Notes: generated by a model from the sequence alone, not told the origin. Positions 45,712-53,263 are shown, numbered from the stretch's first letter. The stretch is DNA of 64,000 nucleotides from Candidatus Saccharimonadales bacterium (GCA_038316995.1 JBBQAZ010000002.1:19-64018), one strand, 5' to 3'. Translations and numbers: made by a program.

Positions 45712-45996
45712 TTATTTGCTTCTAACTTTCGTTAATTCATATAAACTCAGTAATTCTTTAATTGAGTTTTCTGACTCTGTTTCATCTGCAGACGCCAAAC
45801 CTTCTTTAATATGGGTGCGAATATGGTTTTCAAGGATTAATTTGTTTAATGAACCTATAGATTTCTGGATAGCTAGACTTTGGGTGAGGATATCCATGCA
45901 ATATTCCTCGCTGTCAATCATTTTCTGTAGTCCACGCATTTGACCTTCTAATATTTTAGCTCTGTGCAGTGAACGTTGTTTTAAATCTTTAATCAT
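45712..45996 (-). CDS. csoR: CsoR/RcnR-family metal-sensing repressor
   Basis: RAKILEGQMRGLQKMIDSEEYCMDILTQSLAIQKSIGSL..ENHIRTH shows the Cys-His-Cys-type sensing pattern of DUF156. Confidence 0.8.
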   Translation of the reverse strand: MIKDLKQRSLHRAKILEGQMRGLQKMIDSEEYCMDILTQSLAIQKSIGSLNKLILENHIRTHIKEGLASADETESENSIKELLSLYELTKVRSK

Positions 45997-46007
45997 ATAA
46001 TCAATGT

Positions 46008-46024
46008 ATACCCCCTGGGGGTAT
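46008..46024. promoter_or_regulatory. CsoR-type operator, perfect palindrome ATACCCCC-T-GGGGGTAT
   Basis: Read directly 12 nt upstream of the csoR start. A GC tract flanked by AT arms is the known CsoR operator style. Confidence 0.7.
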
Positions 46025-46143
46025 TAGTCAACACTGTATAAATGTTTTTTGCGCTTTTCCAAGGACTCCCATGATGTTGCTACGGACATTATCGTCGGCA
46101 TTATGAACGTATTAGAACTATTTATAATTAAACGGGAAATTTG

Positions 46144-46159
46144 ATATATATATATATAT
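46144..46159. repeat. (AT)8 microsatellite
   Basis: atatatatatatatat read directly, followed by c-tatata, about 45 nt upstream of the ATG at 46205. Confidence 0.9.
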
Positions 46160-46204
46160 CTATATAGGAGTACAGTTAAATCATAAACAGTAAAGGATTT
46201 TATT

Positions 46205-46684
46205 ATGTCAAAGAAAAAACTTTCTAAAAAACAATATAGTTTTTCATCAAAACAGGTCTTTATATTCGCAACTACCTTTGCAGTAGTTGGAGTTGTTGCG
46301 GTCATGCAGTCTTTAGCAGCACCGGGCGGAAAGGGAGGCGGCGGGCGTAAGGTAGCAAACGACCCGAATGGTCTAAGTTTAACCATGGTTACAGATAATA
46401 ACAACAACGGTCTACCTAATTGGAGCGATCAGATAACATTTAATATTGAGCAAACTGCTACATCTGAACCCCATGTTGATGTTGTTTGCTCCCAGAACGG
46501 TTCGGTCGTCTACTCTGCAACGACAGGTTATTTTGACAGCTATCCGTGGCCATGGACACAAAATCCTACGCTAAGTTCGCAAACTTGGGTCGGTGGTGAA
46601 GCTAGTTGTTCAGCCAAATGGTATTACTTTCCAGGCAGAAAAACAGTGACCGGCGGAACCCTTTTATTTGAAGTTGGAGCTTAG
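46205..46684 (+). CDS. secreted hypothetical protein
   Basis: Signal-anchor FIFATTFAVVGVVAVMQSLAAPGG, then a beta-rich domain with two Cys pairs. Confidence 0.55.
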   Translation: MSKKKLSKKQYSFSSKQVFIFATTFAVVGVVAVMQSLAAPGGKGGGGRKVANDPNGLSLTMVTDNNNNGLPNWSDQITFNIEQTATSEPHVDVVCSQNGSVVYSATTGYFDSYPWPWTQNPTLSSQTWVGGEASCSAKWYYFPGRKTVTGGTLLFEVGA

Positions 46685-46940
46685 AATACGACCATTATTT
46701 CTTTAATTAATGTTGTGAAGACTTTTATACTGGGTGTTGAAACAATACGGGCTATAGACAATGTCTCACTAGATATTGACCAAGGAAATTTCTGGCAATC
46801 ATGGGGCCAAGTGTCAGCGGCAATAGTACCCCAGCAAACATTATATTGGCGGATTAGAAAGCCAAGATAGCGGCAGCGTAAAATTTGATGGCAAAGATTT
46901 AGCAAAATTAAAGTCAGTAAACGCACTTAGGTATGAATAG
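46685..46940 (+). pseudogene. remnant of an ABC-transporter ATPase N-terminus (MacB/LolD-like), frameshifted and truncated
   Basis: Frame a gives TIISLINVVKTFILGVETIRAIDNVSLDIDQGNF. Frame b gives LAIMGPSVSGNSTPANIILAD* (decayed Walker A). Frame c gives LESQDSGSVKFDGKDLAKLKSVNALRYE*. No start codon, and nothing beyond about 80 aa. Confidence 0.6.
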
Positions 46941-47023
46941 TATTCGTCGACTACTTAGCCTCTTTGACACCACACTACGTTATTAGGTATATACAATTTG
47001 CATTTTAGATATATAGTTAAGCG

Positions 47024-47599
47024 ATGAAGAAAAATATTATGTTGATTGTTTTGGCACTTGCACTAACTTTGTCGGTTGGGTTTATTGTTGGTAGTAATAG
47101 GAATAGTAAGTCAGAAAAAATTACTTCAAATGAACCGTCCACCAAAAGCGAGCAACCCGCAAAAAATGTCAGTACAGGAGATGTTAAAGAAATAATTTCG
47201 TATCAGATTCCAAGTGGCTGGAAAGAAGCAACGTGCGCGGATGACAACAAAAGTGTGTACTTTATTACCAATGACAACCCCGAAGTTGATTGTTCTGCTG
47301 CGCCCGAATCACAAGTAAAGTTGTCTACCGGCAACGAAAACTACACCGAATGTAGTGAGATACCAGAAAAACAAGAAGTGAAAAAGCATATATGTAAATC
47401 AGAATTCATTAATGACTTGCGCAGCCTAGTTGCAGAAACAGAGTATTTAGCGTCTTCAGTATACGGAAGAGAAACGTCACTAAAAACGTATTACATTGAT
47501 TCCGGATCTGGAATTGTCAAATCTGAGTATATTTACTCAAGTGATGGTTCTGACCAAGCTGGTTTTGAGAGCCTAGTAAAATCTATTAAATCAAAGTAA
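47024..47599 (+). CDS. secreted/lipoprotein-like hypothetical protein
   Basis: N-terminal MKKNIMLIVLALALTLSVGFIVG signal anchor; four Cys. Confidence 0.55.
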   Translation: MKKNIMLIVLALALTLSVGFIVGSNRNSKSEKITSNEPSTKSEQPAKNVSTGDVKEIISYQIPSGWKEATCADDNKSVYFITNDNPEVDCSAAPESQVKLSTGNENYTECSEIPEKQEVKKHICKSEFINDLRSLVAETEYLASSVYGRETSLKTYYIDSGSGIVKSEYIYSSDGSDQAGFESLVKSIKSK

Positions 47600-47722
47600 C
47601 ATTGAAGTAAATTAGTCAAAAATCGTCTTTTATAAGAAATTTAGTATTTAGACGCAACATTATCTGAATCAATATAGCTGTCTGACGTTTTGTAAAGGAG
47701 TATAATAAGAGTGGAGGGCAAA

Positions 47723-48592
47723 ATGGCTAGTAAAAAGCACATTGCCCGTGTACGTCAAGAACTTAAAGACGTTGGTATGACGCGATACGGGCTGATGAAA
47801 CTAAGCACTCGTTACGTTCCTGAAGTTATCGGGCTTGATGAGCAAATTGGTGGTGCTGTTTACGGCTGGGGAATCGCAGGAGCTGCAATACTCGTCGCTA
47901 CAGATAGACGTATACTATATATTGATAGAAAACCTTTTTTTACCACTTCGGATGAGCTAACCTACGATGTAGTTTCTGGCGTAAAGATACATACTGGCGG
48001 ACCGTTTTGTACAATTATTTTACATACCAGACGCAATGATTACCGATTGCGATACGTTAATGAAAATTGTGCAAGAAATTTTGTAAAATATATAGAACAA
48101 AGAAGAATTCACCCTGGACGGTATGACCAAGAAAAAGGCCGCTATATTCACGAGGAGGAATCGCACACTAATCCTGCCGTAGAGTATTCCGAAAATGCTT
48201 CATCATTTATTAAGAATCATCATATTGGTATACTTTCCACCGCTGGCCACAGAAAACCTCATGGGTCCGTCGTGCAGTACATGTTAGACGACAAAGAGTA
48301 TATTTATTTAGCAACAACTCCAGATAGTCGAAAAGTCCAAAATATTATAAGTAACCCGATAGTTTCGTTGACCGTGTTTGAGATCGAAACCGAGCTAACA
48401 GCGCGGGTAGAAGGACATGCCAGTATCGAACAGAATCATAACAAAATTATTGAAGTAACGAACGAACTCGGAAAACAAAAGACAGCTCAATACGAGCGAT
48501 TTACGCAAAATGTTTCATTGCATCAACAGGAACTAGTTATTATAAAGGTTAATCCACGTAGGATGGAGCTAACTAATTATCGGAAACCTTAA
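47723..48592 (+). CDS. fusion protein: bacterial PH-like domain + pyridoxamine 5'-phosphate oxidase-like FMN-binding split barrel
   Basis: GGAGGG SD before the ATG at 47723. N-terminal AILVATDRRILYIDRKPFF..SGVKIH is bPH-like. C-terminal HHIGILSTAG..HGSVVQYMLDDKEYIYLATTPDSRKVQNI is PNPOx-like. Confidence 0.55.
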   Translation: MASKKHIARVRQELKDVGMTRYGLMKLSTRYVPEVIGLDEQIGGAVYGWGIAGAAILVATDRRILYIDRKPFFTTSDELTYDVVSGVKIHTGGPFCTIILHTRRNDYRLRYVNENCARNFVKYIEQRRIHPGRYDQEKGRYIHEEESHTNPAVEYSENASSFIKNHHIGILSTAGHRKPHGSVVQYMLDDKEYIYLATTPDSRKVQNIISNPIVSLTVFEIETELTARVEGHASIEQNHNKIIEVTNELGKQKTAQYERFTQNVSLHQQELVIIKVNPRRMELTNYRKP

Positions 48593-48692
48593 TATCCTAA
48601 TAGCTTCAATATAAGTGAACCATAAAACTAGCACAGTAAATAGGGTGATATGGATAACTTACTAAATTTGAAAAAAGGGTTATGATGTATTG

Positions 48693-49340
48693 ATGCAATT
48701 CAACTATAAAGCTGTTTTTTATGACTGGGATGGGTGTATAGCCAAAACCATAGATATTTGGTTACAAGCTTATAAAAGCGTGTTGGCAGAGGAAGGTATT
48801 TATCCTAAAACCGAAGAAATAATTGCACTATTTGGTAATTGGGACGCACCAAAAATTCTTGGTCATTCCAATCTTGAATTAGCAACTAACAAAGTTCTTG
48901 AGTTTGTGAATAAAAAAGTTCGAGATGTTGAAACTTATGATTCAAGTCTAGACGTAATTAAAAAACTTCATGACGAGGGAATTAAAGTTGGGATAATCAC
49001 ATCTTCAAAACTTAGAACACTTACCAAAACCCGCGCCTATGAGAAACTTAAACCTTTTGTAGATATAATTTTAAGCGCAGAAGATGTAATAAACCACAAA
49101 CCACACCCCGAAATCATCCAACTTGGTTTAGATAAATTAAGCTTGAAACAAAATGAAGTTATTATGGTTGGAGACTCCGATAAAGACTTAGGCGCAGCTA
49201 AGAATGCTGGCGTAGACTCAGTGTTGTTCGCCCCTGTTTATAATAAAATTTTTCATAACCACGAAAAGCTCACAAAAGACTTCTGCCCCACATTTGTTAT
49301 AGATAGTCACAAAAATTTAATTCTCAGTATTCAAGAGTAG
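48693..49340 (+). CDS. HAD-superfamily hydrolase (phosphoglycolate phosphatase-like)
   Basis: Motif I FYDWDGC, motif II IITSS, motif III/IV K...VGDSDKD. Confidence 0.75.
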   Translation: MQFNYKAVFYDWDGCIAKTIDIWLQAYKSVLAEEGIYPKTEEIIALFGNWDAPKILGHSNLELATNKVLEFVNKKVRDVETYDSSLDVIKKLHDEGIKVGIITSSKLRTLTKTRAYEKLKPFVDIILSAEDVINHKPHPEIIQLGLDKLSLKQNEVIMVGDSDKDLGAAKNAGVDSVLFAPVYNKIFHNHEKLTKDFCPTFVIDSHKNLILSIQE

Positions 49341-50005
49341 GCTTCGTCAAGTAATTTTTCGTAATCTACGACAATTATGTTCATAGTACCTTTGATAAGT
49401 TTCTTTTGTCTTAGTAGTTTCATATTTAACGATACTGTTTCTCTTGCAACATCTAATATTGAGGCAAAATCTTGTTGACGTAGGGGTACTTCAATTTTTA
49501 TACCATGATTAGTTTCAACCCCAAAAACTTCGGCATAATGTGCAATCGAATGTGCTAGTCTTTTGTACACATTGTCTAGAGATAAGTTTTCAAGATTGTG
49601 TATATTGGAATGAAATCTTCTGCCAGCTACCTGTAAAATTTCTTTATAAAGTGTCGGGTCAACGTTTATGAAGTTTTTTAGTGTCTCGATATCTATAGTA
49701 TAAAGCTTACTTGGAACCATCGTTTCATAATAATACGACTCTCTGCCTGTATATATTTTTTGATTTAGCATATTGTTGAAAAATAGCGTTAAAGGATATA
49801 AAAACCCTGGTCCATAGATACTTTGAATACTTTGAGAGCCATCTTTAGTAATTGAATATCGTTTAATGTAGCCTTCGACGATTAGTGTAAAAACTTCTCG
49901 GTGGTCCGTTGACTGAAAAACCTGGTTTTTGCGCACTGTAAATTCACGTCCATGTTTAACGATAACTTCTCTTAGTCTTGGCGCAATATTTGCGTGATCA
50001 ATCAT
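49331..50005 (-). CDS. Crp/Fnr-family transcriptional regulator
   Basis: N-terminal cNMP-binding beta-barrel pattern and C-terminal HTH (RQQDFASILDVARETVSLNMKLLRQKKLI). Confidence 0.7.
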   Translation of the reverse strand: MIDHANIAPRLREVIVKHGREFTVRKNQVFQSTDHREVFTLIVEGYIKRYSITKDGSQSIQSIYGPGFLYPLTLFFNNMLNQKIYTGRESYYYETMVPSKLYTIDIETLKNFINVDPTLYKEILQVAGRRFHSNIHNLENLSLDNVYKRLAHSIAHYAEVFGVETNHGIKIEVPLRQQDFASILDVARETVSLNMKLLRQKKLIKGTMNIIVVDYEKLLDEAYS

Positions 50006-50087
50006 TTAACTAAGTATAGCCATCGTATTAGCAAAAATGCAATAGAGAAGGCTAGAACTATATAACAAATTGATTTATAATGTATAT

Positions 50088-50993
50088 ATGGTAAAGCAGG
50101 GATTTAATTACGGCGATAACTTGGAAGAATGTCAGTACGACAATTCGGATGTAAATGTCGCACTACGCTTTAAAATTTACGAACATGCTGTTCCGGCCTT
50201 TAATATTGTCGAGTTTGCCCTGGGAGAGCTTGCCTTGCAGGGAAATGAATCAATCTTAGACATTGGTTGTTCACGGGCAAAAATGCTACATAGATTGAGG
50301 AACGGAATTAGCTTGGGTAAAAACGAAGAAATATATAAGCATGAAGGATTACTGGCCGGCGTAGATGTGAATCATGAGTTATTTGGGTTTGCTGGCACAA
50401 AGGATAATGGAAGGCGAGAAAGTAAACTTGCCTTGCTTGGCGGACAAGCCGAGGCTTTGCCGTTTAAAGATAATAGTTTTAATGTGACATCATCATTTTT
50501 TGTTTTGTATCATGTTGGGGACATTGAAAAAGCAATCGATGAAATGCAAAGAGTTACAAAGCCTGACGGGTCAGTTTTAATTGCAACGAGTGGGGCGGAT
50601 AATAAAACTCGCCACAGAGAGTTTGAAAAGAAAATAGCAGATGAAATTCGCGTTGACGTGTCTCCACCACCTGTTTTTGCATCTACCTTTTACTCTCATG
50701 AGGCTGAGAAATTAATCGGCGAACAATTTGGAATTTCGAACGTTATAAGATTTAGACAACTCGGAAAATTAGCAATCAATAAAAATAATCCCGATGCATT
50801 GGATGACTATTTACTTTCATTAATGACAATGAAAAACGCTTACATAGGTGATTTTATTACTGCAGATGAATGGAATCGTGCTGTTCAGAAAGTAGTCTTA
50901 CCGGTTATTTATCAGGAACAAGCACAAGACCCCGATGGATCTTTTTACGATACTGTCAGTAGAGATGTTTTTATTTGCAAAAACGTCGAATAA
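50088..50993 (+). CDS. class-I SAM-dependent methyltransferase
   Basis: Motif I ILDIGCSRAKM and the post-I/II pattern (LPFKDNSFNVTSSFFVLYHV). ATG at 50088 lies 6 nt after a TATAAT box (50076-50081). Confidence 0.7.
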   Translation: MVKQGFNYGDNLEECQYDNSDVNVALRFKIYEHAVPAFNIVEFALGELALQGNESILDIGCSRAKMLHRLRNGISLGKNEEIYKHEGLLAGVDVNHELFGFAGTKDNGRRESKLALLGGQAEALPFKDNSFNVTSSFFVLYHVGDIEKAIDEMQRVTKPDGSVLIATSGADNKTRHREFEKKIADEIRVDVSPPPVFASTFYSHEAEKLIGEQFGISNVIRFRQLGKLAINKNNPDALDDYLLSLMTMKNAYIGDFITADEWNRAVQKVVLPVIYQEQAQDPDGSFYDTVSRDVFICKNVE

Positions 50994-51110
50994 CTATAAA
51001 CGTGATATATATCACAAAGAATGAGTAATTGACCTTATAGAGTTAAATTTTTAAAGACTTTATTATTGTATCTGAAATGCAATTAAGGAGTAGTTAAAGG
51101 AGCTGTGAAT

Positions 51111-51434
51111 ATGGATGCAATACACACTAAAAAACAGACGCCAATAGACATAATTTCTAAAATTTCTCAATCAGCTATGTGGTTTTTGATTACCGGGATT
51201 ATGATTGTTGTTTTTTCAAGTGGATGGGATATATTATTTGGAAGTGAGCTTAGCCACCCTATATGGCAAGCAGGCTACAACTGGATGCCCTTACTAGAAA
51301 ATATTTTTGTTGTTTCAGTTTTGGGTGGAGCAGCGCAAGGAGGCATACCATCGGCTGTTTATTTGCTAACAAACAGGGAAGAAAAAGAGGAAGTCCCAAT
51401 ACTGCTTACGAGAATATCCTTGCTAAAGTCGTAG
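51111..51434 (+). CDS. small membrane protein, hypothetical
   Basis: AAGGAG SD lies 8 nt before the ATG at 51111. Two or three TM helices. Confidence 0.45.
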   Translation: MDAIHTKKQTPIDIISKISQSAMWFLITGIMIVVFSSGWDILFGSELSHPIWQAGYNWMPLLENIFVVSVLGGAAQGGIPSAVYLLTNREEKEEVPILLTRISLLKS

Positions 51435-51459
51435 TATAGAAACTTTAAACAAAATATAT

Positions 51460-51487
51460 TTGACAAAATAAGTAAATGATGTATAAT
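51460..51487 (+). promoter_or_regulatory. near-consensus sigma70-type promoter
   Basis: TTGACA (51460-51465), 16-nt spacer ending in TG, TATAAT (51482-51487). Confidence 0.5.
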
Positions 51488-51557
51488 TACATCTGTTACT
51501 AGTAAAACAAAAATATCAAAATAAAACCGCAGCGGAAACCAAAGAAAGGCATACATA

Positions 51558-51641
51558 ATGGCGCTAAAACTTGCGTTTGAGTTTGCTCCGACACAAAATC
51601 AGAGCATTCTCAAAATAGATCGACTTCTTGGTCGTCTATAA
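51558..51641 (+). CDS. possible 27-aa peptide, or part of a small RNA
   Basis: Hand translation gives MALKLAFEFAPTQNQSILKIDRLLGRL*. It sits between a strong promoter and a strong terminator, but the SD is weak. Confidence 0.2.
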   Translation: MALKLAFEFAPTQNQSILKIDRLLGRL

Positions 51642-51653
51642 ACATCAGAACTT

Positions 51654-51681
51654 AAAAAAGCTCGGGACGCCGAGCTTTTTT
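51654..51681. terminator. bidirectional Rho-independent terminator
   Basis: aaaaaAGCTCGG-gacg-CCGAGCTttttt. On the minus strand it follows the displaced tRNA 3' fragment. Confidence 0.75.
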
Positions 51682-51684
51682 ATT

Positions 51685-51853
51685 TGGTAGCAGGACCGAG
51701 ATTTGAACTCGGTCTAAATATGCTCTCTCTCCGGCAGCTGCCGGATCGTTCGGCCAAGCATGGAAAACTCAAACAGCCAGTGGCTGTTCTCGCCTACGGC
51801 CCCGAGTTTAAGTCAATACCAATGAAAAACCCCACAATAGTGGGGCCTTACAT
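51685..51853 (-). repeat. tRNA-linked unit, diverged copy C
   Basis: On the minus strand: terminator hairpin, a 49-nt core (51794-51746) with 4 differences from 38604-38652, a variable hairpin, gagcatatttag, then a copy of the 3' end of the adjacent tRNA (51685-51712). Confidence 0.8.
51825..51847 (-). terminator. hairpin + T-run directly after the tRNA (part of unit C)
   Basis: Minus strand reads CCCCAC-tatt-GTGGGG followed by ttttt. Confidence 0.6.
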
Positions 51854-51930
51854 TGGTAGCAGGACCGAGATTTGAACTCGGGACCTCAGGCTTATGAGTC
51901 CTGCGCTCTAACCAACTGAGCTATCCTGCC
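51854..51930 (-). tRNA. tRNA with CAT anticodon (elongator Met or lysidine-modified Ile2)
   Basis: Reverse complement is GGCAGGA-TA-GCTC-AGTTGGTTA-GAGC-...CTCATAA...-CCGAG-TTCAAAT-CTCGG-TCCTGCT-A-CCA. C11:G24 (elongator type); A31/G39 mismatch closes the loop. Confidence 0.85.
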
Positions 51931-51992
51931 ATATTTTCATTGCAAACTACAGGGGTAGAATATACCATAATTATCGCCTGATGACTAGCAAG

Positions 51993-52391
51993 TTATGGGC
52001 GAAACCCTGTTGCAATTAAGTTTTTGAGAGGAAGAAAAAGCGGTTCTGGCAGGTTATCCCAGTTTGCCCAATGCCATTCAATCATTTTTTCGTGCTCTAG
52101 AACTACTGGCTCACCACTGGTCCAGTTCGCACGCATGTAAATTGTCACATAGTGTTTATTTTCTGATTTAAAAATATCGTTGGTAACTCCTGCAAAAGCA
52201 ACTTCGCCAATTGATAAGCCTGTTTCTTCGTCAACTTCACGCTTTGCGCATTCTTCCCATGACTCTCCGAATTCTAAATGGCCACCCGGGAAGCACCAGG
52301 TTCCATTACCGTGCGCGTTTAGTCGCTTACCAACTAAAACCTCACCATTTTTCACAATACAAACACCAATGCCTACTTTTGGTTGTTCCAT
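51993..52391 (-). CDS. Nudix hydrolase (MutT-like)
   Basis: Nudix box GGHLEFGESWEECAKREVDEETGL. Confidence 0.8.
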   Translation of the reverse strand: MEQPKVGIGVCIVKNGEVLVGKRLNAHGNGTWCFPGGHLEFGESWEECAKREVDEETGLSIGEVAFAGVTNDIFKSENKHYVTIYMRANWTSGEPVVLEHEKMIEWHWANWDNLPEPLFLPLKNLIATGFRP

Positions 52392-52406
52392 ATAGCCGAG
52401 TATACA

Positions 52407-52435
52407 TTGCGTAATTAATTAACACAGGTTATAAT
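52407..52435 (+). promoter_or_regulatory. candidate promoter
   Basis: TTGCGT (52407-52412), 17-nt spacer, TATAAT (52430-52435). Confidence 0.35.
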
Positions 52436-52474
52436 TAGGTTCTAGTATGCAAATAATTACTAGACCAAAACTAC

Positions 52475-52501
52475 AGCGACCTGACAAGGTCGTATTTTTT
52501 T
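52475..52501 (+). terminator. short hairpin + T7 run inside a 5' leader (attenuator or sRNA terminator)
   Basis: CGACC-tgacaa-GGTCG then ta-ttttttt, ending 10 nt before the AAGGAG SD of the 52521 gene. Confidence 0.4.
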
Positions 52502-52520
52502 GTCTAAAAAAAGGAGAAAT

Positions 52521-52736
52521 ATGACTATATCAACAGAAAATCATTTAAGTTTATCTACCATTGACGGAATGCCAGCTTTGGCTCCTGAAGAGATTGATAT
52601 TTTGGTGCATAGGGCCGCAGGAGACATGAAGTTTTATAGGGATGGCTTGGATGATGTAGTAGATGGTAAACGATACACAGAAGCAGCAATTGGATTTGTT
52701 GTTTTGGATTCATTGCGACCATTTAATGAAAGTTAG
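52521..52736 (+). CDS. hypothetical protein (71 aa)
   Basis: AAGGAG SD lies 4-5 nt before the ATG at 52521. Confidence 0.45.
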   Translation: MTISTENHLSLSTIDGMPALAPEEIDILVHRAAGDMKFYRDGLDDVVDGKRYTEAAIGFVVLDSLRPFNES

Positions 52737-53245
52737 GCCCGCCATAGCAGAAACTCGGTGTTTTGTATTTTTTCGGCATTGCTGAACGCATGATCAGTTA
52801 AGACACTGCGAAGCGCGCGTCCGAATGAACCATGCCCGACAACAAGCACTGTATTCCCAGGGAGTGAATCTATCCATCTTACTGATAAGTGCGCGCGTTC
52901 AATCAGCGTGTTCAAGGCTTCAATATCTGAAAAACCATCAAGATCCAAGTCGGGTGCGTAAGGGTGGCCTTCGGCTGACCCAAAATCCCGTTCTAGTAGA
53001 AGCCGACTGGTATGAATTTTATCAACTGGATAGTTAATTTCCTTCGCGATAATCTGGGCGGTTTCAAGCGCCCGAGACAGAGGAGAGGTGACAATTAGAT
53101 CAATTCCTAGCTTTATTGCTTTTTTACCAGCTATTTTAGCTTGCTCACGGCCTTCTTTTACTAGAGGAGTTTCAGTTATTCCAGCTATATGGCCAGTCAT
53201 GTTCATTTTGCTGAGTCCGTGTCTGCAAAAATATATCTTCTTCAT
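52733..53245 (-). CDS. histidine phosphatase family protein (phosphoglycerate mutase-like)
   Basis: IYFCRHGLSKMN RHG motif, SPLSRALETA and a later VVGHG. Confidence 0.75.
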   Translation of the reverse strand: MKKIYFCRHGLSKMNMTGHIAGITETPLVKEGREQAKIAGKKAIKLGIDLIVTSPLSRALETAQIIAKEINYPVDKIHTSRLLLERDFGSAEGHPYAPDLDLDGFSDIEALNTLIERAHLSVRWIDSLPGNTVLVVGHGSFGRALRSVLTDHAFSNAEKIQNTEFLLWRA

Positions 53246-53263
53246 AGGTTACTATTATACAAG

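Noticed and set aside
46024-46407. 127-aa minus-strand ORF.
   Set aside because: It spans the csoR operator/promoter region, the (AT)8 tract and the 5' part of the better-supported plus-strand secreted-protein gene.
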